Shown piece after piece: positions 39,585-50,366 of a DNA stretch of 64,000 nt (its first letter is position 1; the number at the start of each line of letters is the position of its first letter). Both the position numbers and the translations under genes were made by a program. This DNA comes from Candidatus Poribacteria bacterium (lineage in GTDB: Bacteria; Poribacteria; WGA-4E; WGA-3G), in contig CBDANF010000002.1 in assembly GCA_965197475.1 (NCBI GenBank), positions 768,001-832,000 on the forward strand, given 5' to 3'. The notes under the pieces are model-generated. The model had not been told where the DNA came from and searched no databases. It saw only the letters and a program-made list of their open reading frames with translations.

Positions 39585-40355
39585 ATGTCCTTACAACGAC
39601 TGACGATGATAAAACAGAAAATTAAGGAATATATGCGGGATAAGTTCCGGTCGTACAACCCTGAAACACGTCACATGCCATTCCACTATCGCCTGCTTGG
39701 CAAAGATAGGATGGCTTTATTTTCTTTCATTCAATCCTTAAATACAACATTTGGTATCTCAATATATGAACCGGTAGCGATTGCATTGGCGAGTGGAAGG
39801 TTTAGGGTGGCAAAAAGCCAAGTTAAACCCGCTGACGAAATAAGTTCCGAAGCACATCAGCAAATTCAGACAATAATGGATGAGTTGGCAGTGGCTGATA
39901 GAGAACCCGATAAATCTGTTGAAATAGAAGAAATTAGAAAAGTTTGTCGAACTGGAATTGTAGACAAAGTAAAACTGACGAGGGTAGATATCTGGTTGGA
40001 AAACTATGAAGGTGAGTTATTTTTATTTGATCTTAAAACTGTGAAACCTAACAAAGGTAATTTTAAGGAATACAAACGAACTCTCTTGGAGTGGACCGCC
40101 GCCGAATTAGCAAGAGATCCAGAGGTAGTCGTGAATACAATGATTGGCATTCCTTACAACCCTTATGAACCGAAACCTTATCAACGGTGGACGCTGAAAG
40201 GGATGTTAGATCTCCAGCATGATATTTTAATAGCAGAAGAACTGTGGGATTTTATTGGTGGAGAAGGAACTTACGCAGACCTTTTGAAAGCTTTTGAGCA
40301 GGCTGGAATTGAGTTAAGAGATGAAATTGATGAATATTTTAAACAATTCAGCTAA
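39585..40355 (+). CDS. Type II restriction endonuclease, TdeIII/MjaII-like
   Basis: MPFH.RLLGKDRM..FSFI.SLNT.FG, VD...FDLKT.KPN, IPYNPY; adjacent to the MTase. Confidence 0.85.
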   Translation: MSLQRLTMIKQKIKEYMRDKFRSYNPETRHMPFHYRLLGKDRMALFSFIQSLNTTFGISIYEPVAIALASGRFRVAKSQVKPADEISSEAHQQIQTIMDELAVADREPDKSVEIEEIRKVCRTGIVDKVKLTRVDIWLENYEGELFLFDLKTVKPNKGNFKEYKRTLLEWTAAELARDPEVVVNTMIGIPYNPYEPKPYQRWTLKGMLDLQHDILIAEELWDFIGGEGTYADLLKAFEQAGIELRDEIDEYFKQFS

Positions 40356-40436
40356 TCAAATGTTGATCAGGGTGACAGATGCTTTCTCAAGTTATTTAAA
40401 GATTTTTGGTGAAACCTAAAAAGTGGAGGATAAACA

Positions 40437-41168
40437 ATGTCTCAAATCAAATCAGTGTTACTATGGGAAAACCAACGGAGGTATGTCCGCGAAGCAATAG
40501 ATGCTGGCACCCTCAAAGGTGCGATCATCCCCACAGGAAGCACAGAACAACACAACGAACACTTGGCGATGTATCACGATACACAAAGTGCGGTGTACGT
40601 CTCCAAATTGGCAGCTGAAAAGTTGTTCCCGCAGGTGATTGTCACTACGCCTTTGGCAATCGGCGTGTCAGAACACTGGATGGATCACAAAGGCACGCTC
40701 ACGCTTCGTGCGGAGGTTTTTGGTGAGGTGCTATACGATGTCGCCGATAGTATGCGTCGACACGGTATTGACAACATCCTGATTGTCAACGGACATGCAG
40801 GCAACTCAGGTCCAGTACATCAGCGGTTGGATGGTTATCAAGAGAAACTCGGTATCAACATCGCATTTCATTCCTATTGGGAAGCGTACACTGGCGAGTT
40901 GGTCAAAGAGCAGATGGAATCCGGTGTCTGTCCTGGGCACGCAGCGGAGTTTGAGACAGCGTTTGCCCTCGCCGCTTTTGCAGAAAACGTTGATTGGAAC
41001 GGCGTGGATTACGATAGCGCAAAACTCACCATCTCTAATGAGGGGCAGGCGAAATCTGACCGAGAATATCACCATCAAGCGAAACTCGCCACCTCAGAAA
41101 AAGGGCAAGTGATGATTGATGTCGCTGTGGACTGGGTTGCAGAAAAGATGCAAGAGATGATGTCGTAG
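40437..41168 (+). CDS. Creatininase family protein
   Basis: PTGSTEQH..HL...D, GVSEH, NGHAGN, HAAEFET. Confidence 0.92.
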   Translation: MSQIKSVLLWENQRRYVREAIDAGTLKGAIIPTGSTEQHNEHLAMYHDTQSAVYVSKLAAEKLFPQVIVTTPLAIGVSEHWMDHKGTLTLRAEVFGEVLYDVADSMRRHGIDNILIVNGHAGNSGPVHQRLDGYQEKLGINIAFHSYWEAYTGELVKEQMESGVCPGHAAEFETAFALAAFAENVDWNGVDYDSAKLTISNEGQAKSDREYHHQAKLATSEKGQVMIDVAVDWVAEKMQEMMS

Positions 41169-41176
41169 CCCTCACT

Positions 41177-41233
41177 GTAGGCGCGCTTTGTAAGCGCGCC
41201 CTTCCGTCATGCGCGGTTGAAAACCGCGCCTAC
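41177..41233. repeat. Inverted pair of GTAG REPs (REPIN-like) between convergent genes
   Basis: GTAGGCGCGCTTTGTAAGCGCGCC (same as 19106-19129) followed by GCGCGGTTGAAAACCGCGCCTAC. Confidence 0.8.
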
Positions 41234-41247
41234 AAAATTGCCTTTTT

Positions 41248-42036
41248 CTAATGTCCCTCAAGAGCCTTCTGAAGTTCATCTCCATGTTGTCGCCACCAAC
41301 TGTAGAGGATCGAAATATCGGTGCCGATGCAGAAATGCCGCACGCCCATATCAAGGAAACGTTTCGCGCCATCAGCATTCCCAATTTCTGCGCGCGGCGG
41401 CACACCCATTTTCAGCGCAGTCTCAAACACTCTTCGCTCTGTTTCTTGAATTTCAGTTGAACCACGCTGACCCACCTTCCCGATGCTCATAGAATAATCC
41501 GATCCACCCCACTGAATCATGTCAAGACCTTCAACAGATAATACCTCTTCAAGGTTTTCAACTGTCCCCTTCTTCTCAATCATAATGACAACCACAACAT
41601 CACGGAGTGCCTGCACATACTGCGATCCTCCGCCATACCCCATATAAGCGAACCTGCGAGTTGCCACGCCATAACTACCGCCATCTTCAGGTGTATCTGC
41701 ACGCGTAATCTTAACACACTCTTTCACATCTTCAACGTTTTGGCAATCCGCGTATAGCACACTCTGAAAGCCAGATCCGATTGCGCGTTGTGCGATGAAA
41801 CCCCGCGGCTCCTGGTCAACTTTTATCATAGTAGAGATGTTATGAAGTTCCGCTGCTCTGCACAAATTATCTAAATCGTGCAGGTCAAATGGGCCATACT
41901 CTCCCACAAATTCGACATAGTCATACATGCCAGTGTGACCAATCGCCTCAACAATGGATGGCCAAGTGGTATGAATGTGTGTTCCAACGGTCGGTTTGTC
42001 AGCATTGAGCAGTTCACGAAAGGTATTTTTTCTCAT
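41248..42036 (-). CDS. HpcH/HpaI aldolase family protein
   Basis: EYGPFD, VIMIE...VENLEE.LSVEGLD....G.SDYS.S.G; start MRKNTF at 42036. Confidence 0.88.
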   Translation of the reverse strand: MRKNTFRELLNADKPTVGTHIHTTWPSIVEAIGHTGMYDYVEFVGEYGPFDLHDLDNLCRAAELHNISTMIKVDQEPRGFIAQRAIGSGFQSVLYADCQNVEDVKECVKITRADTPEDGGSYGVATRRFAYMGYGGGSQYVQALRDVVVVIMIEKKGTVENLEEVLSVEGLDMIQWGGSDYSMSIGKVGQRGSTEIQETERRVFETALKMGVPPRAEIGNADGAKRFLDMGVRHFCIGTDISILYSWWRQHGDELQKALEGH

Positions 42037-42214
42037 ATATTTTCCTCTTCTGTTTGGGTAAGAACAATCTGTGATCACGATGCTTCGGCTTCTAAATGCG
42101 TTTATATTAACAGGAATCCACACTTTTTTCAACTGCAAAATAACGTTTGCTAATGGACGCAATTTTTGTTAAACTGATAGTGCATCGCAACTTGGAGCAG
42201 AACGGAGGAATCCC

Positions 42215-42997
42215 ATGCAAAACTTGATTAAATTGCCTACAAATTTCGCTGATTATTTACAGATTGAAAACGCCGACCTACGTTTTACCGAGGCAACCGA
42301 CGTTGCCAAACATATCACAGGAGCAGGTGTGGAAATCTATCCGAACATGGATCACGCCGCCATTTTCTGTGACCCGCCGCACCTTGTCGCCGATGGCTTA
42401 AAACAACTCGGCTATGTTAACGGATGGGATGCACGGTGTTATCCATCGCCTGTTGACGGATGCGACTATATTAATGTATCTGCCCAATTGTCCGCGGATA
42501 GTCCAGCACACGATGATGGATGGTTTGACTACGTCGCAGTAGTTCATCCCGTTGACAAAACAGCACTGCAACACATGCTCGGACAAGGATACGGCAATCC
42601 GTTTATCCATCACCTGACGTGGGGACTTGTTCCGCCAGAACGCACCACCGCAGATGATTTTGAATATGCAAACCATGTTGTGCCGTTTATGGTAGAAAAA
42701 CGACAGGTCATCGGCGATGCAATCGGTGATGCACCGGGCACACTCATTATCGCTTTGCCAGAAAATGTTATGGCACACCCGAACTTTGAAGACACACTGC
42801 CAGAATGGATTGGTGACCTTGACGCAGAAGAATATCAGGTTGAATCGATGCAGGGTGGTGGATTCCTAATCCAGTTTTTTGTGTTGACAGGTGGTAGAAT
42901 TGAGGTTGCGCTGCGCGTTGACACGACGCAGACGTTCAACCCGAAAAGCGTTCATAAAATCTCTGAAGATGAGATTAGTGCTGTGCAGGGGGAATAG
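42215..42997 (+). CDS. Hypothetical protein, possibly VOC-like metalloenzyme
   Basis: GGAGG RBS; DH, HH and E residues spaced like HPPD/VOC metal ligands (inference). Confidence 0.55.
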   Translation: MQNLIKLPTNFADYLQIENADLRFTEATDVAKHITGAGVEIYPNMDHAAIFCDPPHLVADGLKQLGYVNGWDARCYPSPVDGCDYINVSAQLSADSPAHDDGWFDYVAVVHPVDKTALQHMLGQGYGNPFIHHLTWGLVPPERTTADDFEYANHVVPFMVEKRQVIGDAIGDAPGTLIIALPENVMAHPNFEDTLPEWIGDLDAEEYQVESMQGGGFLIQFFVLTGGRIEVALRVDTTQTFNPKSVHKISEDEISAVQGE

Positions 42998-43081
42998 TGT
43001 ATTCCTTATTTCTGTGAATTCTGATGTTAATAGTGGTATAATATTAATTGAAAGTTGATGTTATGTGAAATGGAGAAACCG

Positions 43082-43327
43082 ATGAATTGTCCAAATATTC
43101 CACAGACCGATTCTATTCAAGAACTCGCTGATTTCTGGGATACACATGACTTAACTGATTTTGAAGACGAACTTGAAGAGGTAAGCGAATCTGTCTTTGA
43201 AAATTTAGTTGCTGTTTGCCTTGAACCTGAAGAATTTGAGATTATTGAAACACTTGCCAAGTCACGTGGTATATCACCTGAGAATCTAATTCGGGAGTGG
43301 ATTGTTGAACGTATTGCGGCAAGGTAG
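43082..43327 (+). CDS. CopG/BrnA-like antitoxin
   Basis: IP..DSI.ELA.FWDTHDLTDF; C-terminal RHH LAKSRGI....LIREWI. Confidence 0.8.
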   Translation: MNCPNIPQTDSIQELADFWDTHDLTDFEDELEEVSESVFENLVAVCLEPEEFEIIETLAKSRGISPENLIREWIVERIAAR

Positions 43328-43335
43328 GCATTAAA

Positions 43336-43644
43336 ATGGAAAATAAAGAAAATATGGAATGCAGCATAATGGACGAAGTTCGCGAAATGCGGCGTAAAAT
43401 CTCAGCGGAATTTGGAGATGATCTTGATCAATTGGTTGTGTATTATCAAAAGTTAGAGAACGAAATGCGGGAGTCTGGTAAATACAAGTTTGCAGATCTG
43501 CCAAGCGAGAAGTTTGAAATAGAAAAAAATATTTTTAATATATTAGTTTCTGTTCGGCGAAAACCCGAAAAACTTGAGATTATTAATGCACAAACCAAGT
43601 TGTTGGAATATCTCCTTGGAACTCAGTTCAGAGTAAGTTGTTGA
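43336..43644 (+). CDS. Small hypothetical protein
   Basis: I.DEVR..R..I...FG.DL..L motif; co-oriented with neighbours. Confidence 0.55.
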   Translation: MENKENMECSIMDEVREMRRKISAEFGDDLDQLVVYYQKLENEMRESGKYKFADLPSEKFEIEKNIFNILVSVRRKPEKLEIINAQTKLLEYLLGTQFRVSC

Positions 43645-43689
43645 GCGTATTTAAGTTTTAGTAAGGATAACCATTGCAGGAGGTTTAAG

Positions 43690-44544
43690 ATGGATGAAAA
43701 AGTACCTGAATTGCTTGATTTAACGAAAAAACTTTTAGATCAATCTGTAGAAATTGTTGACGACTCAATTCCACTAACTGAATCTGTTGCTGCTGACAAA
43801 ATTCGATACACAATCTTCCTCCTTGTTCAAATGAGTGAGTCTTTAAAGTTTGGCTATGGTGCTTACTACAGTTGTAAGCATGGTTGGGGACATGGAGGAA
43901 TCGGAGCGGCGCGCTCTATATATGAAATCCTGATTGATATTAAATACGTCAATCAGGATGACTCACCTAAAAAGGAACGCTTTACGAGGTTAGTGGATCA
44001 CGGTGCGGAACAGCTCTACCACGAAATGCAAATAATGTGTCTGTTGGGGGAGAAGGTATCCCAAGAAGATCAAGATGAACGGACAAATAAGTACGAGTGG
44101 TTGAAAAAGAAGTACAAAGACAAATACGATCAAGATATTAAATCAGGTGTGCCAAAAGCGGATGCAACCCCTCGTTACCGTCCATATAATTGGGCAGGAA
44201 TTGACCTTAGCAAAAAGAATAAAACGGTTAAAATGGATAATTTGGAGAGATTCCACCAATTTTATAAATATCTTTCAAACTTATCTCATGTTAGTATCGG
44301 CAAAACGCTTGACGCAATCACGGGGTTTACTGAAAATCAATATAAGATAAATTTGAAACTTTATCCGAGCCCTGACCACTGTTATATTGTTTTAATAGTA
44401 GTGTTTCCTTGCATTTATTGGATTTTAGAGGAATATATGGAGCACTTTGGAATTGACCTTTCCCACTACCCTAATCTTGAAAAAATTGAGGAAGATTATA
44501 AGAACCTTTTAAAGGAAGAAGACAACGAAAATGAATCTTATTAA
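43690..44544 (+). CDS. DUF5677-like helical protein
   Basis: ARSIYE..I...Y, NWAG and Y..LS.LSH motifs; GGAGG RBS. Confidence 0.6.
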   Translation: MDEKVPELLDLTKKLLDQSVEIVDDSIPLTESVAADKIRYTIFLLVQMSESLKFGYGAYYSCKHGWGHGGIGAARSIYEILIDIKYVNQDDSPKKERFTRLVDHGAEQLYHEMQIMCLLGEKVSQEDQDERTNKYEWLKKKYKDKYDQDIKSGVPKADATPRYRPYNWAGIDLSKKNKTVKMDNLERFHQFYKYLSNLSHVSIGKTLDAITGFTENQYKINLKLYPSPDHCYIVLIVVFPCIYWILEEYMEHFGIDLSHYPNLEKIEEDYKNLLKEEDNENESY

Positions 44545-46264
44545 ACGAACTCGTTCTCTCATTTTAGTATTACTTCTTGCCTCAACCTTTTTCGTCTCAA
44601 ACAGTTTCGCACAAGATTACGTTCACTATAAAACCCTTACCGGATCTAATAATGATGGGTGGGTTGAATGCGTTACGTTTAGTCCTGATGGTCAAACGCT
44701 CATCAGCAAAAACTTTAACAGCATCCATTTATGGGACGTTGGTACAGGTAAACACATCCGAACTTTCGTATTTTCTGAGAGCATGCATGAGGTGATGCCT
44801 CAAAACCCTACTTCGTTTAGTCTCGATGGTGAGATACTGGCAGTTGGGAGTTTAAATGGATCTATCTATTTGTGGGATCCTACCACAAGTGAAACTATCT
44901 TAAGGGGTGGTGTTTTCTATGATAAGATAGGTGATGCTTTCATAAGTAAGCACTTGAACACCATCACAGGACATACAGAAAAGGTCTTAGGTGTTGCGTT
45001 TAGTCCTCATGGGTCTACTCTCGCGAGTGGAGGTTATGATAATATTATTCATCTGTGGGATGTTTGGACAGGAAAATCCAAGAAAACTCTCAGAGGACAT
45101 ACAGATGGGGTCTCTAGCGTTGCATTTAGTCCTGATGGTAAAATTCTTGCTAGCGGAAGTTGGGACGATACCGTTCGTTTATGGGATGTATCTACTGGCA
45201 AACTCTTAAAAACAATCCTTACAAATCATGGAGGAGTATGTAGAGTAAATTTCGCCCCAGATGGTCTTATTCTCGCAAGTGGTGGTGATTTCGGTAGTGA
45301 TAATACAGTACGTCTCTGGGATGTACAAAATGGAAAGCTAAAAACCACTTTTGAGGGACACACAGGTACGGTACTAAGCGTAGTTTTCAGTCCTGATGGT
45401 AAAACCCTTGCAAGTGGAAGTGGGGATTGGACTGTACGTCTCTGGGATGTAAAAACTGGAAAGCACAAAACCACACTCACTGGACATACCTCTGACGTGT
45501 GGACTGTTGCATTCAGTCCTGATGGCAGTATGCTTGCAAGCGCGGGACATGACAAAACTATCCGCTTATGGAAATTAACTTCTCCTCATCCGATAAAACC
45601 TGATTACCTCACACCACCAAAACCCACTGCAAACCAAGTCTACAGCAACGCCATCCGCTCTGTCATGTGGGTAGTTAACCCCAATATAGGTGAAGGCAGC
45701 GGCGTTCTCATCGATAAAAAATCCAAACTTGCCGTCACCAACGCACACGTCACAGGTAAACAGAACACAATAGACGTATATTTCCCCGCCCCAGACGAAA
45801 AAGGCGAACTTATAAAAGATCGTAACTTCTACCTGACAAACGGCGGTGTGCTAAAACGACTCGGCTATTACACCAAAGGACACGTCATCGCAAGGAATGA
45901 GAAAACGGATTTGGCAATCATCAGACTTGATGGATTACCCGAAACCGCCCGCGAAATTGATTGGAACTTCACACCACCTAAAACAAAAGCAGGCGAATTA
46001 GTTTACATCCTCGGCAACCCCGCTAAACAAGACCTTTGGCGTTGGACACTTGGCGAATTCCTTAACGACCACGGAGATTTCCTGCATATCCAATCCGATG
46101 TGTTCGGCGGCAACAGTGGCGGACCGGTGCTTAACAAACAGGGTATCCTGATCGGCATTGTGGCACGCAGCGATCAACTCATGAATGCAGCAGCTATTCC
46201 TATAAGACACATAAACAGGCTGCTATCTGAATCAAAGGTGAAACACTCACGGATGCGGAGATAA
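44531..46264 (+). CDS. Secreted WD40-repeat protein fused to a trypsin-like serine protease
   Basis: Signal peptide; about 7 GH...V.FSPDG..LASG..D.TVRLWD repeats; catalytic triad TNAHV, DLA, GNSGG. Confidence 0.92.
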   Translation: MNLIKRTRSLILVLLLASTFFVSNSFAQDYVHYKTLTGSNNDGWVECVTFSPDGQTLISKNFNSIHLWDVGTGKHIRTFVFSESMHEVMPQNPTSFSLDGEILAVGSLNGSIYLWDPTTSETILRGGVFYDKIGDAFISKHLNTITGHTEKVLGVAFSPHGSTLASGGYDNIIHLWDVWTGKSKKTLRGHTDGVSSVAFSPDGKILASGSWDDTVRLWDVSTGKLLKTILTNHGGVCRVNFAPDGLILASGGDFGSDNTVRLWDVQNGKLKTTFEGHTGTVLSVVFSPDGKTLASGSGDWTVRLWDVKTGKHKTTLTGHTSDVWTVAFSPDGSMLASAGHDKTIRLWKLTSPHPIKPDYLTPPKPTANQVYSNAIRSVMWVVNPNIGEGSGVLIDKKSKLAVTNAHVTGKQNTIDVYFPAPDEKGELIKDRNFYLTNGGVLKRLGYYTKGHVIARNEKTDLAIIRLDGLPETAREIDWNFTPPKTKAGELVYILGNPAKQDLWRWTLGEFLNDHGDFLHIQSDVFGGNSGGPVLNKQGILIGIVARSDQLMNAAAIPIRHINRLLSESKVKHSRMRR

Positions 46265-46318
46265 ATTGGATACACTAAGGCATAATTTGTGATACTACTC
46301 TTTAGGAGGGTTAACACA

Positions 46319-46924
46319 ATGGCGTATAGTAATTTTACATTAGACATAGTACGCTCGGCGTTTCAGCTCGAAATCGTTGAATCCGCGGGTGTCTTTTCTG
46401 AAATAGAAACGGTTGTGCCGAGGGAACGTTTCATTGCGGAATTAGAGGAAAAAGTGCAGTTAGCTATTTCCATAGGTACAGAGAAAGCCCGGTCAGAACT
46501 GATTGTAACTGATGTGTTGTTTGAACTCCGAGAACAATTTGATCGTAACATCAGTTTCTTTTCAGGTATTGACTTTAACGTTGATGATGATAAGGGATTA
46601 ACCGGTGTGTGCGATTTTTTGGTAAGTCTGTCACCAATCCTCTCTTTTTTAGAGGCACCTATCATTATTCTTGTTGAGGCAAAGAAGGATAATCTGACAC
46701 TTGGCTTCGGACAATGTGCAGCAGAGATGCTCGCCGCCCAACGTTTTAATGCTGAAAAAGGAAATAACATTCCTTGCCTCTATGGAGCTACAACCTCTGG
46801 AACAGATTGGCGGTTCCTTAAATTAGAAGGACAAAGACTCCACATTGATAGATCGCTCTATTCAATCGGACAGTGTGAAAAAATCCTCGGTATCCTCTCA
46901 AACATGGTAGAACAAAAGGCATAA
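46319..46924 (+). CDS. PD-(D/E)XK-fold hypothetical protein
   Basis: MAYS.FT, EKARSE, G.CDF, VEAK, GQC.AEM.AA; AGGAGG RBS. Confidence 0.75.
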   Translation: MAYSNFTLDIVRSAFQLEIVESAGVFSEIETVVPRERFIAELEEKVQLAISIGTEKARSELIVTDVLFELREQFDRNISFFSGIDFNVDDDKGLTGVCDFLVSLSPILSFLEAPIIILVEAKKDNLTLGFGQCAAEMLAAQRFNAEKGNNIPCLYGATTSGTDWRFLKLEGQRLHIDRSLYSIGQCEKILGILSNMVEQKA

Positions 46925-46962
46925 GTGTTTCTAAAAGACAAATTTCCTTCAGGCAAATAAAT

Positions 46963-46991
46963 TTGCAATTTTTCCATACACATGGTATAAT
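46963..46991 (+). promoter_or_regulatory. sigma70 promoter of the pyr operon
   Basis: TTGCAA-N17-TATAAT with extended TG. Confidence 0.7.
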
Positions 46992-47021
46992 TTTTAACAA
47001 TTGACCTTGATGTTCAGAAAG

Positions 47022-47055
47022 CCTTTTTAATCCCATCCGGAGAGGTGGAAAAAGG
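47022..47055 (+). promoter_or_regulatory. PyrR-binding RNA element (anti-antiterminator)
   Basis: CCTTTTTAA..CCATC-CGGAGA-GGTGG-AAAAAGG: the UUUAA motif and CNGNGA hexaloop match the PyrR binding-loop consensus. Confidence 0.85.
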
Positions 47056-47243
47056 ATGTTCCGCTACACATCGGGACCTAAAGTTCCCTACAACTGTTCA
47101 CAGAAAAAAAGCACTTGCAGTGCATGTTTTCCAGAACAGCAACACAAATTGCAGCATCGAATCCATAAGATTTGCGGTAATTTTCATAAATCGTTTTTAC
47201 ATTTAAGCCACCTCTTTTGTAAAAGTAAAATATTGAATTGCAC

Positions 47244-47274
47244 CCTTCTCACTTTGTAGTGAGAAGGTTTTTTT
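47244..47274 (+). terminator. Attenuator terminator upstream of pyrR
   Basis: CCTTCTCACT-ttgt-AGTGAGAAGG followed by T7. Confidence 0.88.
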
Positions 47275-47302
47275 ATGCTGTCAAGCAGCACGTTATTGGT
47301 AA

Positions 47303-47863
<561 letters not shown>

Positions 47864-47890
47864 TCTGATTTAGGAGAAAACATAACAAAG

Positions 47891-49177
47891 ATGGACAGTG
47901 TGCTTATCCGCAATGGACATATCATTGATCCGGCGAATAACGTTGATGAAGTTGGTGATGTTCTTATCATTGATGGCAAAATCGCCAAGGTTGGCGGAAC
48001 TATAGCGGAAGATGTCAACAATGTGATTGACGCAACCGACATGACCGTTACACCTGGTCTAATAGATATGCACGTTCATCTGCGTGAACCCGGGTATGAG
48101 CATAAAGAGACAATTGCCACGGGGACAGCAGCGGCAGCAGCGGGTGGGTTTACGTCCGTTGTTTGCATGGCAAATACATCACCGGTGACAGATTCTCCGG
48201 ACAAAATTAAGCACATTTACGAGATTGCGAATCGGAATTCGGAGCAACAGACTTCTCCCACAGCGAATGTCTTCACTGTTGGAAGTATAACAAAAAATCT
48301 TGCGGGTGAAGAACTGACCGATATCCGTGGTATGCTTTCCGCTGGAGCGGTAGGTGTCAGTGACGATGGCGTTACCGTGATGAATTCTGCGTTGATGCGT
48401 GAAGCGTTAACATTGAGTGCAAAACTTGACTTTCCTGTGATGGTGCATTGTGAAGAGCATAATCTGAATGCTCGTGCCGTGATGAATCTCGGTGAAACAT
48501 CACGAAAATTGAATCTTGTGGGCAGCCCGAATGCAGCAGAGGACATTATCGTAGCACGCGATATCATGCTCACAGAATTGACAGGTGGACACGTACATAT
48601 TCTACATGTCAGTACTGCAGGCGCGGTTGAATTAGTGCGGTGGGGAAAGCAACGAGGAGTCAACGTCACTGCGGAAGCTTGTCCACATCATTGGATTTTG
48701 ACTGACGCAGAGTTAGAAAAACAGGGGACTAATGCCAAAATGCACCCGCCCCTACGAACACAGCGAGATATTGACGCTGTCCTTGAAGGTTTGCAAGATG
48801 GAACAATAGATGCTATTGCTACTGACCACGCGCCACATACACCGTCTGAAAAGGCACTCGGCATGAAAGATGCTCCCAACGGGATTATCGGACTTGAAAC
48901 ATGTGTGCCACTTGTCTTGACATATTTGGTTGATACTGGACATCTTACATTAACAGAGGCGATTGCAAAGTTGACATGTATTCCTGCGGACATCGTTGAA
49001 ATTGATCGTGGAACACTTTCTATCGGTGCTGTAGCAGATGTCACAGTTATTGATACACAAAAGGTTGCAAAAGTTGACGTAGAAAGATCGTGTTCAAAAA
49101 GCCGAAATACACCCTTCGCTGATTGGCAGCTTAAAGGTTGGCCGGTGATGATAATCCGAAAGGGAATTCAAGGTTAG
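47891..49177 (+). CDS. pyrC: Dihydroorotase
   Basis: DMHVHLREPG, KMHPPLR, IATDHAPH, SKSRNTPF. Confidence 0.96.
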   Translation: MDSVLIRNGHIIDPANNVDEVGDVLIIDGKIAKVGGTIAEDVNNVIDATDMTVTPGLIDMHVHLREPGYEHKETIATGTAAAAAGGFTSVVCMANTSPVTDSPDKIKHIYEIANRNSEQQTSPTANVFTVGSITKNLAGEELTDIRGMLSAGAVGVSDDGVTVMNSALMREALTLSAKLDFPVMVHCEEHNLNARAVMNLGETSRKLNLVGSPNAAEDIIVARDIMLTELTGGHVHILHVSTAGAVELVRWGKQRGVNVTAEACPHHWILTDAELEKQGTNAKMHPPLRTQRDIDAVLEGLQDGTIDAIATDHAPHTPSEKALGMKDAPNGIIGLETCVPLVLTYLVDTGHLTLTEAIAKLTCIPADIVEIDRGTLSIGAVADVTVIDTQKVAKVDVERSCSKSRNTPFADWQLKGWPVMIIRKGIQG

Positions 49178-49189
49178 AAAATCCCTACA

Positions 49190-50335
49190 ATGAGGAAAGA
49201 TATGAAAGCAATTCTTGCATTGGCGGACGGAACCGTTTTTGAAGGACAACAGTTTGGCGCGACAGGTGAGACTGTCGGTGAAGTTGTCTTTAATACTAGT
49301 ATGACAGGGTATCAGGAAGTTCTAACCGATCTGTCCTATAAAGGGCAGATTGTTACAATGACCTATCCGTTAATTGGTAACTACGGTTGTAACGAAGTGG
49401 ATATTGAATCTATCGGTCCACAGGTCGAAGGATTCGTTGTGCGTGAATATAGCGCATATCATAGCAACTGGCGTTCAAAATGGAGTTTGGACACCTACTT
49501 AGCTGAAAACGGCATCATCGGAATTCAGAATATAGATACGCGCGCGCTAACTCGCCGCCTCCGTGTTCACGGTGTCATGAACGGATATCTTGCTACAGAA
49601 GGTGTCGATGGAAATCTTGATGTAGCAAACCTTGTCGCTAAAGCACAAGCATGGCACGGTTTAGTAGGATGGGATTTGGTGCAACGTGTCACCTGCCCGA
49701 ACCCTTACGCGTGGAATCAACACCCATCAAGTTCAGTAGGACTACAATCAGAGGATTCAACTTCATCAGAAAATGGAAAATTTCGTGTAGTCGCAATGGA
49801 TTTCGGCATCAAATACAACATTTTACGACAACTGAGGGAACATGGATGTGAGGTACAGGTAGTCCCTGCAAAAACAAAAGCTGAAGAGATCCTCGCAGCA
49901 GAACCCGATGGTGTCTTTCTTTCAAACGGTCCCGGAGACCCGATGCCGCTTGACTATGCGATTAAAACAATACAAGAATTGATGGGTAAAAAACCTATTT
50001 TCGGCATCTGTTTAGGACACCAACTTCTGGGACTTGCTCTCGGTGGGAAAACCTATAAACTGAAGTTCGGACATCGCGGGGCAAATCAACCTGTAAAGTA
50101 TCTGGAAACCGATCAGGTTGAGATTACCTCGCAAAACCATGGGTTCTGTGTTGATATTGATTCACTGCCGAACACCGTTGACATAACACATATCAACTTG
50201 AATGACAACACACTTGAAGGGATACAGCATCGGGAGTATCCTGTTTTTTCTGTACAGTATCATCCAGAGGCATCGCCTGGTCCGCACGATGCAAGTTATC
50301 TGTTTTCACGATTTACGCAAATGATGGAGGAATAG
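49190..50335 (+). CDS. carA: Carbamoyl-phosphate synthase small subunit
   Basis: GEVVFNT.MTGYQE, SNGPGDP, GICLGHQ, QYHPE. Confidence 0.98.
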   Translation: MRKDMKAILALADGTVFEGQQFGATGETVGEVVFNTSMTGYQEVLTDLSYKGQIVTMTYPLIGNYGCNEVDIESIGPQVEGFVVREYSAYHSNWRSKWSLDTYLAENGIIGIQNIDTRALTRRLRVHGVMNGYLATEGVDGNLDVANLVAKAQAWHGLVGWDLVQRVTCPNPYAWNQHPSSSVGLQSEDSTSSENGKFRVVAMDFGIKYNILRQLREHGCEVQVVPAKTKAEEILAAEPDGVFLSNGPGDPMPLDYAIKTIQELMGKKPIFGICLGHQLLGLALGGKTYKLKFGHRGANQPVKYLETDQVEITSQNHGFCVDIDSLPNTVDITHINLNDNTLEGIQHREYPVFSVQYHPEASPGPHDASYLFSRFTQMMEE

Positions 50336-50366
50336 TTTTCGGCAGTTGATTGCCATTATATATAAA

